A stretch of DNA of 64,000 nucleotides, taken from Actinomycetota bacterium (GTDB lineage: Bacteria > Actinomycetota > Thermoleophilia > BMS3ABIN01). Positions within the stretch are counted from its first letter, which is position 1. Every line of letters starts with the position of its first letter. This document shows positions 28,908 through 37,846 of the stretch, in pieces. The DNA lies in contig JACRMB010000005.1 in the NCBI GenBank assembly GCA_016235065.1, positions 9,524 to 73,523 on the forward strand, given 5' to 3'. The notes beneath the pieces were generated by a model. That model had not been told where the DNA came from. It saw only the letters and a program-made list of their open reading frames with translations, and did no database searches. Both the position numbers and the translations under genes were made by a program.

Positions 28908-29023
28908 CCTTCGATATCAAATATTAACTGGCATGACAATATGCACCAGTATTCATGGCACCTTATTAAGTACGAGGCGTGTATGACATTCCCTGCCTTG
29001 CGATGAGATACTGCCCAACTGTG

Positions 29024-30025
29024 TCAGGCCGCAAACCCGCCGGAAGCCATGGCGCCCAATGATAAATATCCGGGAGAAACGATCGGGGTCACATACCTGG
29101 CAGCGCTGGCGATCATGGCGGCATTATCCGTGCATAATTCTGGCGGCGGGATCCGCAGGCGAATGCCTCTGACGTCGCATTCGCGGGAAAGTCTGCGGCG
29201 CAGCTCAGAGTTGGCGCTGACGCCTCCCGAGAGGCATAACTGCTCGCTGCCATTCGCTTCAGCTGCCGCAATCGACTTGCTTACAAGAGCTTTGACCACT
29301 GATGCCTGGTAGCTGGCTGCAATATCAGCCTTGTGGATATTGAACTCACGGGCATCGAGATCTCTCAGGTAATAATAGAGTGCGGTTTTGACGCCACTGA
29401 AGCTGAAGTCGAGATTGCCCTGTCTGTTCAGGCCAACGGGAAAGACCATATAGTCTGGATCTCCACCCGATGCAAGTGCATCAAGCTCAGCGCCCCCGGG
29501 GTATCCCAGACCCAGCAGCCTGGCTCCCTTGTCCAGTGCTTCGCCGGCGGCGTCGTCCAGGGTCTGCCCCAACAGCTCGAACCTGCCCCGCTCATGCACC
29601 ATCACGATTGATGTATGGCCTCCGGATGCGACCAGGCAGACAAATGGCGGCTCCATAGGCTCTGGCGGCAGGTAGTTGGCAGCTACGTGGCCTTCAAGAT
29701 GGCTGATGGCAACGAACTCAGCATCCAGCGCATAGGCGATAGCTTTTGCCGTCGATACGCCTACAAGCAGGGCGCCGATCAGGCCCGGCCTGTTGGTTAC
29801 TGCTACCCGGGTGATGTCTGCCAAAGACACCTCTGCCTCCGTAAGTGCTTCTGCTATCACCGGATTTATTAGTTCGAGATGATGACGGGACGCCACTTCC
29901 GGAACCACGCCACCATATTCCGCGTGGAATGCTGTCTGGGAAGAAATGATGCTGGCAAGCAGGCGGTCACCGTCCAGGATCGCCGCGCAGGTGTCATCAC
30001 AGGAAGTCTCGATGGCGAGTATCAA
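29024..30025 (-). CDS. tsaD: tRNA N6-adenosine threonylcarbamoyltransferase
   Basis: ILAIETSCDDT and GGHT are present, plus GGVSAN. TTG 30025 overlaps the rimI stop (TTGA); GTG 30052 is also possible. Confidence 0.92.
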   Translation of the reverse strand: MILAIETSCDDTCAAILDGDRLLASIISSQTAFHAEYGGVVPEVASRHHLELINPVIAEALTEAEVSLADITRVAVTNRPGLIGALLVGVSTAKAIAYALDAEFVAISHLEGHVAANYLPPEPMEPPFVCLVASGGHTSIVMVHERGRFELLGQTLDDAAGEALDKGARLLGLGYPGGAELDALASGGDPDYMVFPVGLNRQGNLDFSFSGVKTALYYYLRDLDAREFNIHKADIAASYQASVVKALVSKSIAAAEANGSEQLCLSGGVSANSELRRRLSRECDVRGIRLRIPPPELCTDNAAMIASAARYVTPIVSPGYLSLGAMASGGFAA

Positions 30026-30474
30026 GCCAGCATGTCCTCGGAGTCTTTCCACATGATCAGGGCATCCTCGCCGTTATCGCGATAATAGCCTTTGCGGATG
30101 CCGGTGCAGATGAATCCGAAGCTCTCGTACATCTTGATGGCGCCGCGATTGGATTTCCTGACCTCCAGGGTGAAGCCCCGGTGCTTGTCGCTGCTGCAGA
30201 TATCCAGGAATTGCTCGATCATGTCAGTCGCGAGATATTTTCGGCGGTAGTCGTCCCTTACTGCCAGGTCCAGAAGATGCCAGACTTCGACATACTGGGT
30301 AGCGATTATATAGCCGACGATCCCGCCCTCGTCCACTGCCACCAGGCAGACGCTGGAATCCTTTGCCAGCTGGGTGATGAAGGCATTCAGCGACCACGGA
30401 CGGGGAAATGAGGATTCCTCGATCTCGAGTACCTGCTTCAGGTCTGACAGCCGCATGGGCCTTATTTCAGCCAA
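30022..30474 (-). CDS. rimI: Ribosomal-protein-alanine N-acetyltransferase (GNAT)
   Basis: 150 aa with a GNAT fold (LEVRKSNRGAIKMYESFGF), in the canonical tsaB-rimI-tsaD position. Confidence 0.85.
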   Translation of the reverse strand: MAEIRPMRLSDLKQVLEIEESSFPRPWSLNAFITQLAKDSSVCLVAVDEGGIVGYIIATQYVEVWHLLDLAVRDDYRRKYLATDMIEQFLDICSSDKHRGFTLEVRKSNRGAIKMYESFGFICTGIRKGYYRDNGEDALIMWKDSEDMLA

Positions 30475-31205
30475 GGTTCTCTCTTTTTCAGAAGGACGGT
30501 CTTGTCTGCGTCTGGCTCGCGTACATAAAAAGGCAGGACGCTGAGCAGCTTTCCGGGATGATACCCAGCTGCGATCTCAGAATCCTCGGCCGCACTGATA
30601 TGCCAGCCGGCTCGCATCCGGTTAGCTTCGTCATCCGTTTCTAATAGTTCCAGTCTCCCGCCGGCTGCCAGGGTTTCCCGAAAGGCCAGCGCTCCATTGC
30701 CGCCCGCGCGTACAGAGCCTTCGGATATCTCCGGAAGGATATCAGACAGTCTGTCCGGGTCAAGACAGAGTACTTCAGATTCTGGCTTCAGTCCTTTTTC
30801 CCCTTCTTTTTTATAAAGGCGGGCAAATACCTGGCCACGCCTGGCATCGATCAGAGGCAGGATCCAGCGAGGCATCGGCTTCTCTGCGCCATCGGCCAGC
30901 CCGTTGGCGAGCGCTTCGAGGCTGCTGTATCCAAAAAGTGGCAATTCCAGGGATTGCGCGAGCGCCCGCGCCGTTGCTATGCCCACCCTGAGCCCGCTGA
31001 ACGTCCCTGGGCCTGTACCGGCCACTATGGCATTGAGATCGCCGATCGCCAGGCCGTTGCTGTCGAGCAGGTCCTGTACAGCTGGAAGCAGCATTTCCAG
31101 ATGGGACCGGCCGGCATCGATGCTGAGTTCATCGAGAACCTTCTCCCCATCTCCCAGCGCCAGGGCGAGTACCTCCGTCGATGTGTCAATGGCCAGCGTC
31201 GGCAT
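30462..31205 (-). CDS. tsaB: tRNA threonylcarbamoyladenosine biosynthesis protein TsaB
   Basis: 247 aa with LAIDTSTEVLALAL and GTGPGTFSGLRVG. Confidence 0.88.
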   Translation of the reverse strand: MPTLAIDTSTEVLALALGDGEKVLDELSIDAGRSHLEMLLPAVQDLLDSNGLAIGDLNAIVAGTGPGTFSGLRVGIATARALAQSLELPLFGYSSLEALANGLADGAEKPMPRWILPLIDARRGQVFARLYKKEGEKGLKPESEVLCLDPDRLSDILPEISEGSVRAGGNGALAFRETLAAGGRLELLETDDEANRMRAGWHISAAEDSEIAAGYHPGKLLSVLPFYVREPDADKTVLLKKREPWLK

Positions 31206-31656
31206 GCAACCTCTCCAGTCCGCTGGCGATCCTGCTGTTGCTGCTATCTATCGAGATGCGTCTGCTGTTCAGATCTACATGCTCGAGCCTGATGATCGCG
31301 TCCGGTTTCTCTATGAAGGGGGCTGCACTCTCCGGCCACTCTATGAAAGTCACTGCGTCTTCCTCGAAGAACTCTTCAAAATCCATGAAGTCTTCAGCCT
31401 TGAAGCTGGATAACCGGTAAAGATCGAGATGATGGACCCTGATAACGCCGGAATAACTCTGGGCCATGGTGTAACTGGGGCTTGTCACAGGTTCGCTGAC
31501 ACCCAGGGCTTCTGCAGCATGACGTATAAAAAACGTCTTTCCCGCGCCCAGTTGCCCGATCAGAAAGACGATATCGCCAGCCTGCAACAGTTTGGAAAAA
31601 CCGGCGGCCAGGCATTTGGTCTGTTCTTCCGACCGGGAGAGGATTTCCAGGGGCAT
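31186..31656 (-). CDS. tsaE: tRNA threonylcarbamoyladenosine biosynthesis ATPase TsaE
   Basis: 156 aa with the Walker A motif GQLGAGKTFF, plus SPSYTM and HLDLYR. Confidence 0.9.
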   Translation of the reverse strand: MPLEILSRSEEQTKCLAAGFSKLLQAGDIVFLIGQLGAGKTFFIRHAAEALGVSEPVTSPSYTMAQSYSGVIRVHHLDLYRLSSFKAEDFMDFEEFFEEDAVTFIEWPESAAPFIEKPDAIIRLEHVDLNSRRISIDSSNSRIASGLERLHADAGH

Positions 31657-31664
31657 GATTCTGG

Positions 31665-32342
31665 CTAAAACAGGTCGAGTTGCTCAGGCTCAGCCTGACC
31701 CTCAACTGCCTCTATCACAGGATCAGGGTCGACAGCGGAAGGCTCAGCCAGCGGTTGAGGTTTTGCCTGCCCCAGAAGCGCCGGCAACTGATCGAAATCA
31801 GCCTCAAGCGCTTTCAGGTTGGATGGCGTGTAAAGGGCCGCAGCAGGGTGGTAGACAGGAAATAAAAGAATGCCTTCATATCCTGGCATAGCCTGTGGCT
31901 GGCCGTGGATCCGGGAGATGCCGTCAGGCTTGCCTGACAGCAGTTTTGTCGAGAAGTTGCCCAGGGTGCAGATGACCCTTGGTCTGATGATGGATATCTG
32001 CTCTTCAAGGAACGGCCTGCAGGTCTCGATCTCGGACGACAGTGGATCCCGGTTGTCCGGGGGCCTGCATTTCAGGACATTGGCCACATAGACGTCTGCG
32101 CGCCTGAGTCCGATCCGTCCCAGGAGTTTATCGAGGAGCTTTCCAGCCTGGCCGACGAATGGGATCCCCTGCTGGTCCTCATGATAGCCGGGGGCTTCGC
32201 CAACGAACATCAGCCTGGAATCGGCGCTTCCCGAGCCAAGCACGGCGTTGGTGCGGGTCTTCCCCAGTTCGCATCGCTGGCATGATTCCACCCGCTTTAG
32301 TAGCTCTGCCAGGCGGTCTGCCGCTGAGATCGTGCTATCCAC
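31665..32342 (-). CDS. Family 4 uracil-DNA glycosylase
   Basis: CQRCELGKTRTNAVLGSG, MFVGEAPGYHEDQQGIPFVGQAG and HPAAAL are present. The start is uncertain: GTG 32342 overlaps the upstream zinc-ribbon stop, while the ORF-track start 32471 would overlap that gene by 137 nt. Confidence 0.85.
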   Translation of the reverse strand: MDSTISAADRLAELLKRVESCQRCELGKTRTNAVLGSGSADSRLMFVGEAPGYHEDQQGIPFVGQAGKLLDKLLGRIGLRRADVYVANVLKCRPPDNRDPLSSEIETCRPFLEEQISIIRPRVICTLGNFSTKLLSGKPDGISRIHGQPQAMPGYEGILLFPVYHPAAALYTPSNLKALEADFDQLPALLGQAKPQPLAEPSAVDPDPVIEAVEGQAEPEQLDLF

Positions 32343-32571
32343 AGGAAGAACAGGATGTTTTTGAGCAGGATCCGCAACCCTTGGCTGTATTGCCGGCCGA
32401 AGCCGGTCCGGAGCCTCCGGCTGATTTGAAAGAGAAGCTCGAGAGCAGCCGTTGGACCTTCTTCGAGCCACAGGAGGGGCATTTCACACCTTTGGCGCCC
32501 TTATCACCAGAGCTCACCAGCTCTTCGAAACGATCTCCACATCCGCTGCAGCAAAATTCATAGATCGGCAT
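32335..32571 (-). CDS. FmdB-family zinc-ribbon protein (CxxC...CxxC)
   Basis: MPIYEFCCSGCGDRFE...KCPSCGS is followed by a Gly/Ser/Cys-rich tail. ATG 32571 is the preferred start. Confidence 0.8.
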   Translation of the reverse strand: MPIYEFCCSGCGDRFEELVSSGDKGAKGVKCPSCGSKKVQRLLSSFSFKSAGGSGPASAGNTAKGCGSCSKTSCSSCG

Positions 32572-32838
32572 GATAAATACCTGCAATATTCGTGATTTTA
32601 AACAGTCTGAGGTTCCTGTCCCAGCAATTAGACTCTAGATTATACATCTGCCCTTTGCAAGAAAGCGCCGCCTGCTGCTATCCTCTTTGTACCTTTTACG
32701 GCAATCGACCGAGGTCTGGTATCCCTTTGCGGGAACTGGAACGGAGGCTGACTGAGATGGTTGAGATCCACATTATCCCGGATGGCTCCCCTGCTATCCG
32801 CCTTTTACTGTGCACAAGAGTCAAGGGACGCGGCTGAA

Positions 32839-33741
32839 ATGGCGCCCGAAGTAAAAAAACCAGCAGGCGCCGATAGCCGATCGAGCCTCGTCGCGGAAAA
32901 AATCACCGATGTCAGGGAGCGGATCACCGCTGCCAGGACAAGTCCTGATATCGTGGTGAGCCTGGTTCCCACGATGGGTTCCTTTCACGAAGGGCACCTC
33001 AGCCTGATGCGGGCTGCCAGGGCGGAATCGGACTTCGTGGTTGTCAGTATCTTCGTGAATCCGGCCCAGTTCGGTCCGGCGGAGGACCTGGAAGCGTACC
33101 CCAGGGACCTTGAGCACGACCTGGAACTTGCCGCCCATGAAGGTGTGGATCTGGTCTTCAGTCCCGCAGAAACCGAGATGTATCCGCAAGCTTACGAGAC
33201 ATTTATCGAGGTCGGCCAGGTAGCTGACGGCCTGTGTGGCCAGGGCCGGCCAGGCCATTTCAGGGGCGTGGCCACCGTAGTCGCCAAACTTTTTAATATT
33301 GTCAGGCCGGATGTGGCATATTTCGGCCAGAAGGATGCACAGCAGGCCGCGGTCATACGGCGGGTGGCGACTGACCTGGATATTGCCACGGAGATCCGTG
33401 TTTGTCCGATTGTGCGCGAAGCCGACGGCCTTGCCATGAGTTCGAGAAACTCCTATCTGACTGACGAAGAGCGCATCCAGGCTCCCGCGCTGTACAACGC
33501 GCTGCTCCTGGCGAAGGAGTCGGTGGAAAATGGTGAATCCGATGCCGCCAGGATCAGGAAGGCGATGCGGCGGGCTATCGGCCAGCATTACCTTCTTGAA
33601 TTCGAATACGCCCGCATCGTCGATCCTGATGATCTGAAACCGGTCGCTACTGTCGACCGTAAAGTGCTGGCGGCCGTGGCCGCCCGGGCCGGTAAAGCCC
33701 GTCTGATCGATAACATGTTGATTGAACCTTTGAGGAGGTAG
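32839..33741 (+). CDS. panC: Pantoate--beta-alanine ligase
   Basis: VPTMGSFHEGHLSLM, VSIFVNPAQFGP and FGQKDAQQ are present. ATG 32839 is the preferred start. Confidence 0.93.
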   Translation: MAPEVKKPAGADSRSSLVAEKITDVRERITAARTSPDIVVSLVPTMGSFHEGHLSLMRAARAESDFVVVSIFVNPAQFGPAEDLEAYPRDLEHDLELAAHEGVDLVFSPAETEMYPQAYETFIEVGQVADGLCGQGRPGHFRGVATVVAKLFNIVRPDVAYFGQKDAQQAAVIRRVATDLDIATEIRVCPIVREADGLAMSSRNSYLTDEERIQAPALYNALLLAKESVENGESDAARIRKAMRRAIGQHYLLEFEYARIVDPDDLKPVATVDRKVLAAVAARAGKARLIDNMLIEPLRR

Positions 33742-33742
33742 C

Positions 33743-34141
33743 ATGCGGAGGATAATGCTGAAAAGCAAGATTCACCGTGCCACAGTGACTGCCGCGAGCG
33801 TCGATTATGAAGGCAGCATCAGCATCGATAGTGAGCTGATGAAAGCGGCGGATATCCTGGCTCACGAGCAGGTGCATGTCCTGGACGTCGATAACGGTAC
33901 CCGTCTTGTCACTTATGCGATTCCCGGCAATCCCGGCGAGATCTGCATGAACGGCGCCGCTGCCAGGAAAGTCGCAGTCGGCGACACCGTGATTATCGTC
34001 TCCTATGGTGGGCTGGTCCCAAAGGAATGGCCCGATCATGAGCCGGTCATAGTCCTCGTGGACAAAGACAATCGGATCAGCAGCATCAAGGGCGAGCGGA
34101 AAAAGCCGTCGCCGGAAGAACCCGCCAGCCCTCACGACTGA
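33743..34141 (+). CDS. panD: Aspartate 1-decarboxylase
   Basis: MLKSKIHRATVTAASVDYEGSISID contains the self-processing G-S site. Confidence 0.94.
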   Translation: MRRIMLKSKIHRATVTAASVDYEGSISIDSELMKAADILAHEQVHVLDVDNGTRLVTYAIPGNPGEICMNGAAARKVAVGDTVIIVSYGGLVPKEWPDHEPVIVLVDKDNRISSIKGERKKPSPEEPASPHD

Positions 34142-34187
34142 CATTCACCAGCCGTCACAACTGACATCGAAGGGAGAGCAAGCCAGA

Positions 34188-34646
34188 ATGACATCGAAAA
34201 AGGAAACCCCCACTCCAGGTCTTTCACAGACAGTATTCAGCCGCGAACTGGAGTTCCCCATGCGCGAGGAGCTGGACATCGTCAACATCACCCAGGAAGT
34301 ATCCGGGGCCGTCCACGAAAGCTCCATGAAACACGGCGCTGCGACAGTGTTCGTGCCCGGGGCGACCGGAGTCGTCACCTGCCTGGAATTCGAGCCCGGA
34401 GTCGTCGCTGACTTCAAGGCGGCGATGGAGCGCATGGCGCCACGAGACATTCCCTACGAGCATGACCGTTACCAGGCTGACGGCAACGGCCATGCCCATG
34501 TCCGGGCCGGCATGCTTGGGCCTTCGCTGACAATACCTTTCATCGACGGCGAGCTGACCCTGGGTGTCTGGCAGCAGGTAGTGCTGGTGAACTGTGACAA
34601 CCGCCGGCGCAACCGGCGGGTGGTCGTCCAGGTAATCGGCTCCTGA
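34188..34646 (+). CDS. YjbQ/UPF0047 family protein (secondary thiamine-phosphate synthase-like)
   Basis: 152 aa with GAATVFVPGATGVVT, NGHAHVRA, GVWQQVVLVNCD. Confidence 0.82.
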   Translation: MTSKKETPTPGLSQTVFSRELEFPMREELDIVNITQEVSGAVHESSMKHGAATVFVPGATGVVTCLEFEPGVVADFKAAMERMAPRDIPYEHDRYQADGNGHAHVRAGMLGPSLTIPFIDGELTLGVWQQVVLVNCDNRRRNRRVVVQVIGS

Positions 34647-34653
34647 AAGGCTG

Positions 34654-35946
34654 ATGCCCATGCCTCCCATCCTTCAGGTAGCTCTGGACTTTTTGGATCT
34701 GCCGCGGGCGCTCCAGGTCGCGGATGAAGCCCTGAAGGGCGGCGTCGACTGGATCGAGGCCGGCACGCCGCTGATCAAGAGTGAGGGTCTCGAGGCGGTC
34801 CGGCAGATGAAGCGGCGCTGGCCGGACGCGGTGATCGTCGCTGACCTCAAGACCATGGACGCCGGCCGCTTCGAGATGGAGTCGGCTGCGAAAGCCGGGG
34901 CACAGGTCGCCGGCGTTCTCGGGGCCGCTTCCGACGCTACTATCGCCGAGTGTATCGAAGTCGCTCGCAACTACGGCTTGCGGGTGATAGTCGACATGAT
35001 CGAAGTCGTTGACCCCGTGGAACGCGCCCGCCAGGTCGAGAAGATGGGCGCGGATTACGTGGGCATCCATACGGCCATCGACCAGCAGATGCAGGGAAAG
35101 GCCGATCTGGAACTCATCCGCAGGATCAAGGCAGCAGTGTCGATCCCCGTCTCTGTCGCGGGGGGTATAAATTCCGAAACAGCCGCCGATGCAGCCGCCG
35201 CCGGCGCCGATATCATCGTAGTCGGCGGAGCGATAATCAAAGCGGCAGACGCCGAGCTGGCCGCGCGCCAGATCAGGCAGGCGATCGATTCCCGGCGAGG
35301 TGTTGAAACGACCCTTTACAAGCGAGCGAGCGGCACTGATATCCTTCCCGTTTTAAGCCAGGTATCGACGGCCAATATCTCCGACGCGATGCACAGAAGC
35401 GGCGAGCTCACGGGATTGATGCCCGTATACAGTGGAATCAGGATGGCAGGCCCGGCATTCACAGTGCGGACGTTCCCCGGAGACTGGGCTAAACCGGTCG
35501 AAGCCATCGATCTTGCCCGGAAAGGCGATGTGATCGTGATCGACGCCGGCGGCGCCGGCCCTGCCGTCTGGGGTGAGCTGGCGACCCACAGCGCCCGCGA
35601 GCGGGGCATCGCCGGTGTGGTCATCTACGGAGCAGTGCGTGATACTCCAGAGATAAGAGAGCTGGAATTTCCGGTATTTGCTAGCATATTCACGCCCACT
35701 GCCGGCGAGCCAAAAGGATTCGGGGAAGTCGATGTGCCGGTAAACGTGTCCAGGGTGAAGATAAATCCTGGCGACTGGCTGGTCGGCGATGATGACGGCG
35801 TCGTCGTCATTCCGAAAGCAAAAGCCATCGAGGTGGCAAACCGGGCGATGGACGTTCTGGAGAGGGAAAACCGTCTACGGAAAGAGATCCAGGATGGCAG
35901 CACCCTGAGCCAGGTGGCCTACCTGCAGAAGTGGGAAAAGACCTAG
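34654..35946 (+). CDS. Fusion of 3-hexulose-6-phosphate synthase (OMPdecase-fold) and an RraA-like domain
   Basis: 430 aa. The N-terminal half has ILQVALDFLDL...IEAGTPLIK...VADLKTMDAG...GIHTAIDQQ. The C-terminal half has NISDAMHRSG...GPAFTV...GDVIVIDAGG...WGELAT...GVVIYGAVRD. Confidence 0.8.
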   Translation: MPMPPILQVALDFLDLPRALQVADEALKGGVDWIEAGTPLIKSEGLEAVRQMKRRWPDAVIVADLKTMDAGRFEMESAAKAGAQVAGVLGAASDATIAECIEVARNYGLRVIVDMIEVVDPVERARQVEKMGADYVGIHTAIDQQMQGKADLELIRRIKAAVSIPVSVAGGINSETAADAAAAGADIIVVGGAIIKAADAELAARQIRQAIDSRRGVETTLYKRASGTDILPVLSQVSTANISDAMHRSGELTGLMPVYSGIRMAGPAFTVRTFPGDWAKPVEAIDLARKGDVIVIDAGGAGPAVWGELATHSARERGIAGVVIYGAVRDTPEIRELEFPVFASIFTPTAGEPKGFGEVDVPVNVSRVKINPGDWLVGDDDGVVVIPKAKAIEVANRAMDVLERENRLRKEIQDGSTLSQVAYLQKWEKT

Positions 35947-36176
35947 TCCGAACTGTTCTTGATGCGGATCACTTTATGCAGCCTGGTCCGCACATCTCCG
36001 GGCATCTCCGGGGCGGGGATTTCCCGGTACATGGTCACCGTCCTCCTGAGAGTGTTGACCACGACGCGGCAGTTGTAGCAGTCCTTGAGATGGCCCTCGA
36101 TCTCGCGGCAGGTCTTTTCTGCTAGATCCTCATCGATATATTCAGAGAGCCCTTCGAGTATTTCCCGGCAATCCAT
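35943..36176 (-). CDS. Soluble zinc-binding (ZAS, RsrA/RshA-like) anti-sigma factor
   Basis: 77 aa with no TM segment. An N-terminal Cys precedes the H-x3-C-x2-C motif (HLKDCYNC). It lies directly downstream of the ECF sigma gene. Confidence 0.8.
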   Translation of the reverse strand: MDCREILEGLSEYIDEDLAEKTCREIEGHLKDCYNCRVVVNTLRRTVTMYREIPAPEMPGDVRTRLHKVIRIKNSSD

Positions 36177-36178
36177 GG

Positions 36179-36784
36179 CTAACCTGTCTCCCCTGTGAAG
36201 TAATCTGACAATCTGTTCCTGAGATACAGGCGTGCCCTGTGCAGTCGTGATTTCACCGCAGGGATAGAAAGATCAAGTACCTTTGCGACTTCCGCTGCGG
36301 GCATGCCTTCCACGTCCCTTAACACGAAGACGACCCGATATTTGTCGGGCAGCTCCGCAACAGCCTCGTCCATGACCTGCCGTGCCTCATCGTTAAGCAG
36401 CTTTTCCGCTGGACCACCTGACCAGTCGACCATGGATGTCTCCGAGTGGGCGGCATCCTTGATGGAATATACTTCATCCAGAAATTCCCCTTCGCTTTTC
36501 TCTCTCCTGCTCTTCTGGCGCAGTTTGGTCAGGGCGGCGTTGGCGGCGACCCTGTAAAGCCAGGTCGAAAAACTCGACCGGCTCTTGAAACCGTCAATAG
36601 ACCTGACGACGTTTAAAAAAGTATCCTGCAAAACGTCCTCTGCGTCTTCCTTGTTCCCCAGCATCCTGTAAGCGAGGCTGTAAACCCTGCTTTCATACCG
36701 GGACATAAGGGCTTCCAGGGCATCAGCGTTACCGTCCCTGATCTCATCTATCAGTTCATTGTCGGTGGGAACTGTATTCTCCAT
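36179..36784 (-). CDS. ECF-type RNA polymerase sigma factor (SigH/SigR-like context)
   Basis: 201 aa. Region 2 reads YSLAYRMLGNKEDAEDVLQDTFLNV...FSTWLYRVAAN. Region 4 reads VFVLRDVEGMPAAEVAKVLDLSIPAVKSRLHRAR. Confidence 0.88.
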   Translation of the reverse strand: MENTVPTDNELIDEIRDGNADALEALMSRYESRVYSLAYRMLGNKEDAEDVLQDTFLNVVRSIDGFKSRSSFSTWLYRVAANAALTKLRQKSRREKSEGEFLDEVYSIKDAAHSETSMVDWSGGPAEKLLNDEARQVMDEAVAELPDKYRVVFVLRDVEGMPAAEVAKVLDLSIPAVKSRLHRARLYLRNRLSDYFTGETG

Positions 36785-36978
36785 TTGTTAGACTATGATT
36801 TGTTTTAAAGGATTCGTCCGGGGCCAAACGGACGTCTGACAGCCGGTGTTAAGTCTAACATTATCGCTGTGGCTTCTCCCACACGAATCCTTTTGATGCC
36901 AATTCCATCAAAATAATCGACATGGTAACAGAGCGGCCTGGATTTGGTAGAGGCCGATCAGCAGGAGGTGAGAAGCAA

Positions 36979-37185
36979 ATGGCAATCTATGATTTGAAGT
37001 GTGACGACTGCGGCAAGCAGTTCGAGAAGTTCGTGACCGGCTTTCTGACCGAGGAAGACAAGGAATGCCCCCGGTGCAACAGCAGCCGTATATCACAGAA
37101 ATATAGCAGCTCTTTTGGTATCGGATCTTCCTGTTCCACCACAGGTGGCGGATGCAGTAAGCCGCCTTCAGGCGGTTTTGGCTGA
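36979..37185 (+). CDS. FmdB-family zinc-ribbon protein (second paralogue)
   Basis: MAIYDLKCDDCGKQFE...ECPRCNS is followed by a Gly/Ser/Cys tail. ATG 36979 follows AGGAGGTG. Confidence 0.8.
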   Translation: MAIYDLKCDDCGKQFEKFVTGFLTEEDKECPRCNSSRISQKYSSSFGIGSSCSTTGGGCSKPPSGGFG

Positions 37186-37238
37186 GGTTAGTCCCGAAGC
37201 CTGTAAGGCTTCCAAGGATTCAGGTCCGGAGGTTAGTA

Positions 37239-37433
37239 ATGCAGCTTGCCCGGGTAGAGGCGAATATATGTAGTGGCCATAAGAGCTGTCCCGCCAGGAA
37301 GGCATGCCCCACGAAGGCTTTGTTCCAGATGGATCCTGGTGAAGTGGTCACGGTTAACGGATCGCTTTGCCGCGGTTGCGGTGACTGCGTGGTGGCATGT
37401 CCTGAAAAAGCGATAAAGATCAGCCAGGTATAG
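37239..37433 (+). CDS. Small 4Fe-4S ferredoxin-domain protein
   Basis: 64 aa. CSGHKSCPARKACP and CRGCGDCVVACP give two cluster-type Cys groups. Confidence 0.7.
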   Translation: MQLARVEANICSGHKSCPARKACPTKALFQMDPGEVVTVNGSLCRGCGDCVVACPEKAIKISQV

Positions 37434-37508
37434 TGGTGACCAGGGTGTTAACGCCGGACTTGACGGCTGCAGTTAAAAAACATCTGATCGATTCGAAAGG
37501 AGCAGAAG

Positions 37509-37832
37509 TTGTCAGCTAACGTTCTCGAAGTGACTGATGCGAATTTTCAAAGTGAGGTACTCGATTCCGATGTGCCGGTCATAGTTGATTTCTGGGCTGC
37601 CTGGTGCGGTCCCTGCCGCATGGTGGGCCCCATCGTCGAGGAGATCGCCCAGGACCAGGCCGGCAAGGTAAAGGTCGCGAAGCTCAATGTTGATGAGAAT
37701 CGTGAGACCGCAACCAAATATGGGATCATGAGCATCCCGACGATACTTCTGTTTGATAAGGGCGCGATCGCCAAGCAGGTAGTCGGCGCCATGCCCAAGA
37801 GCGCGCTGGTGCAGGAGCTCGGTCTGGCCTGA
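37509..37832 (+). CDS. trxA: Thioredoxin
   Basis: 107 aa with a TTG start after AAAGGAG. The active site is WAAWCGPC. Confidence 0.93.
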   Translation: MSANVLEVTDANFQSEVLDSDVPVIVDFWAAWCGPCRMVGPIVEEIAQDQAGKVKVAKLNVDENRETATKYGIMSIPTILLFDKGAIAKQVVGAMPKSALVQELGLA

Positions 37833-37846
37833 AGTCTGCTGAGGCG

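Noticed and set aside
32821-33768. 315-aa ORF on the minus strand
   Set aside because: It is antisense to panC, which has unambiguous motifs. The shadow ORF shows no recognisable features.
36785-36978. SigR/SigH-type autoregulatory promoter (GGAAT-N18-GTT) upstream of the ECF sigma gene
   Set aside because: The minus strand has GGAAT at ~36905, but the sequence 16-19 nt downstream reads TCGTGTG rather than GTT. The match is not good enough to call.
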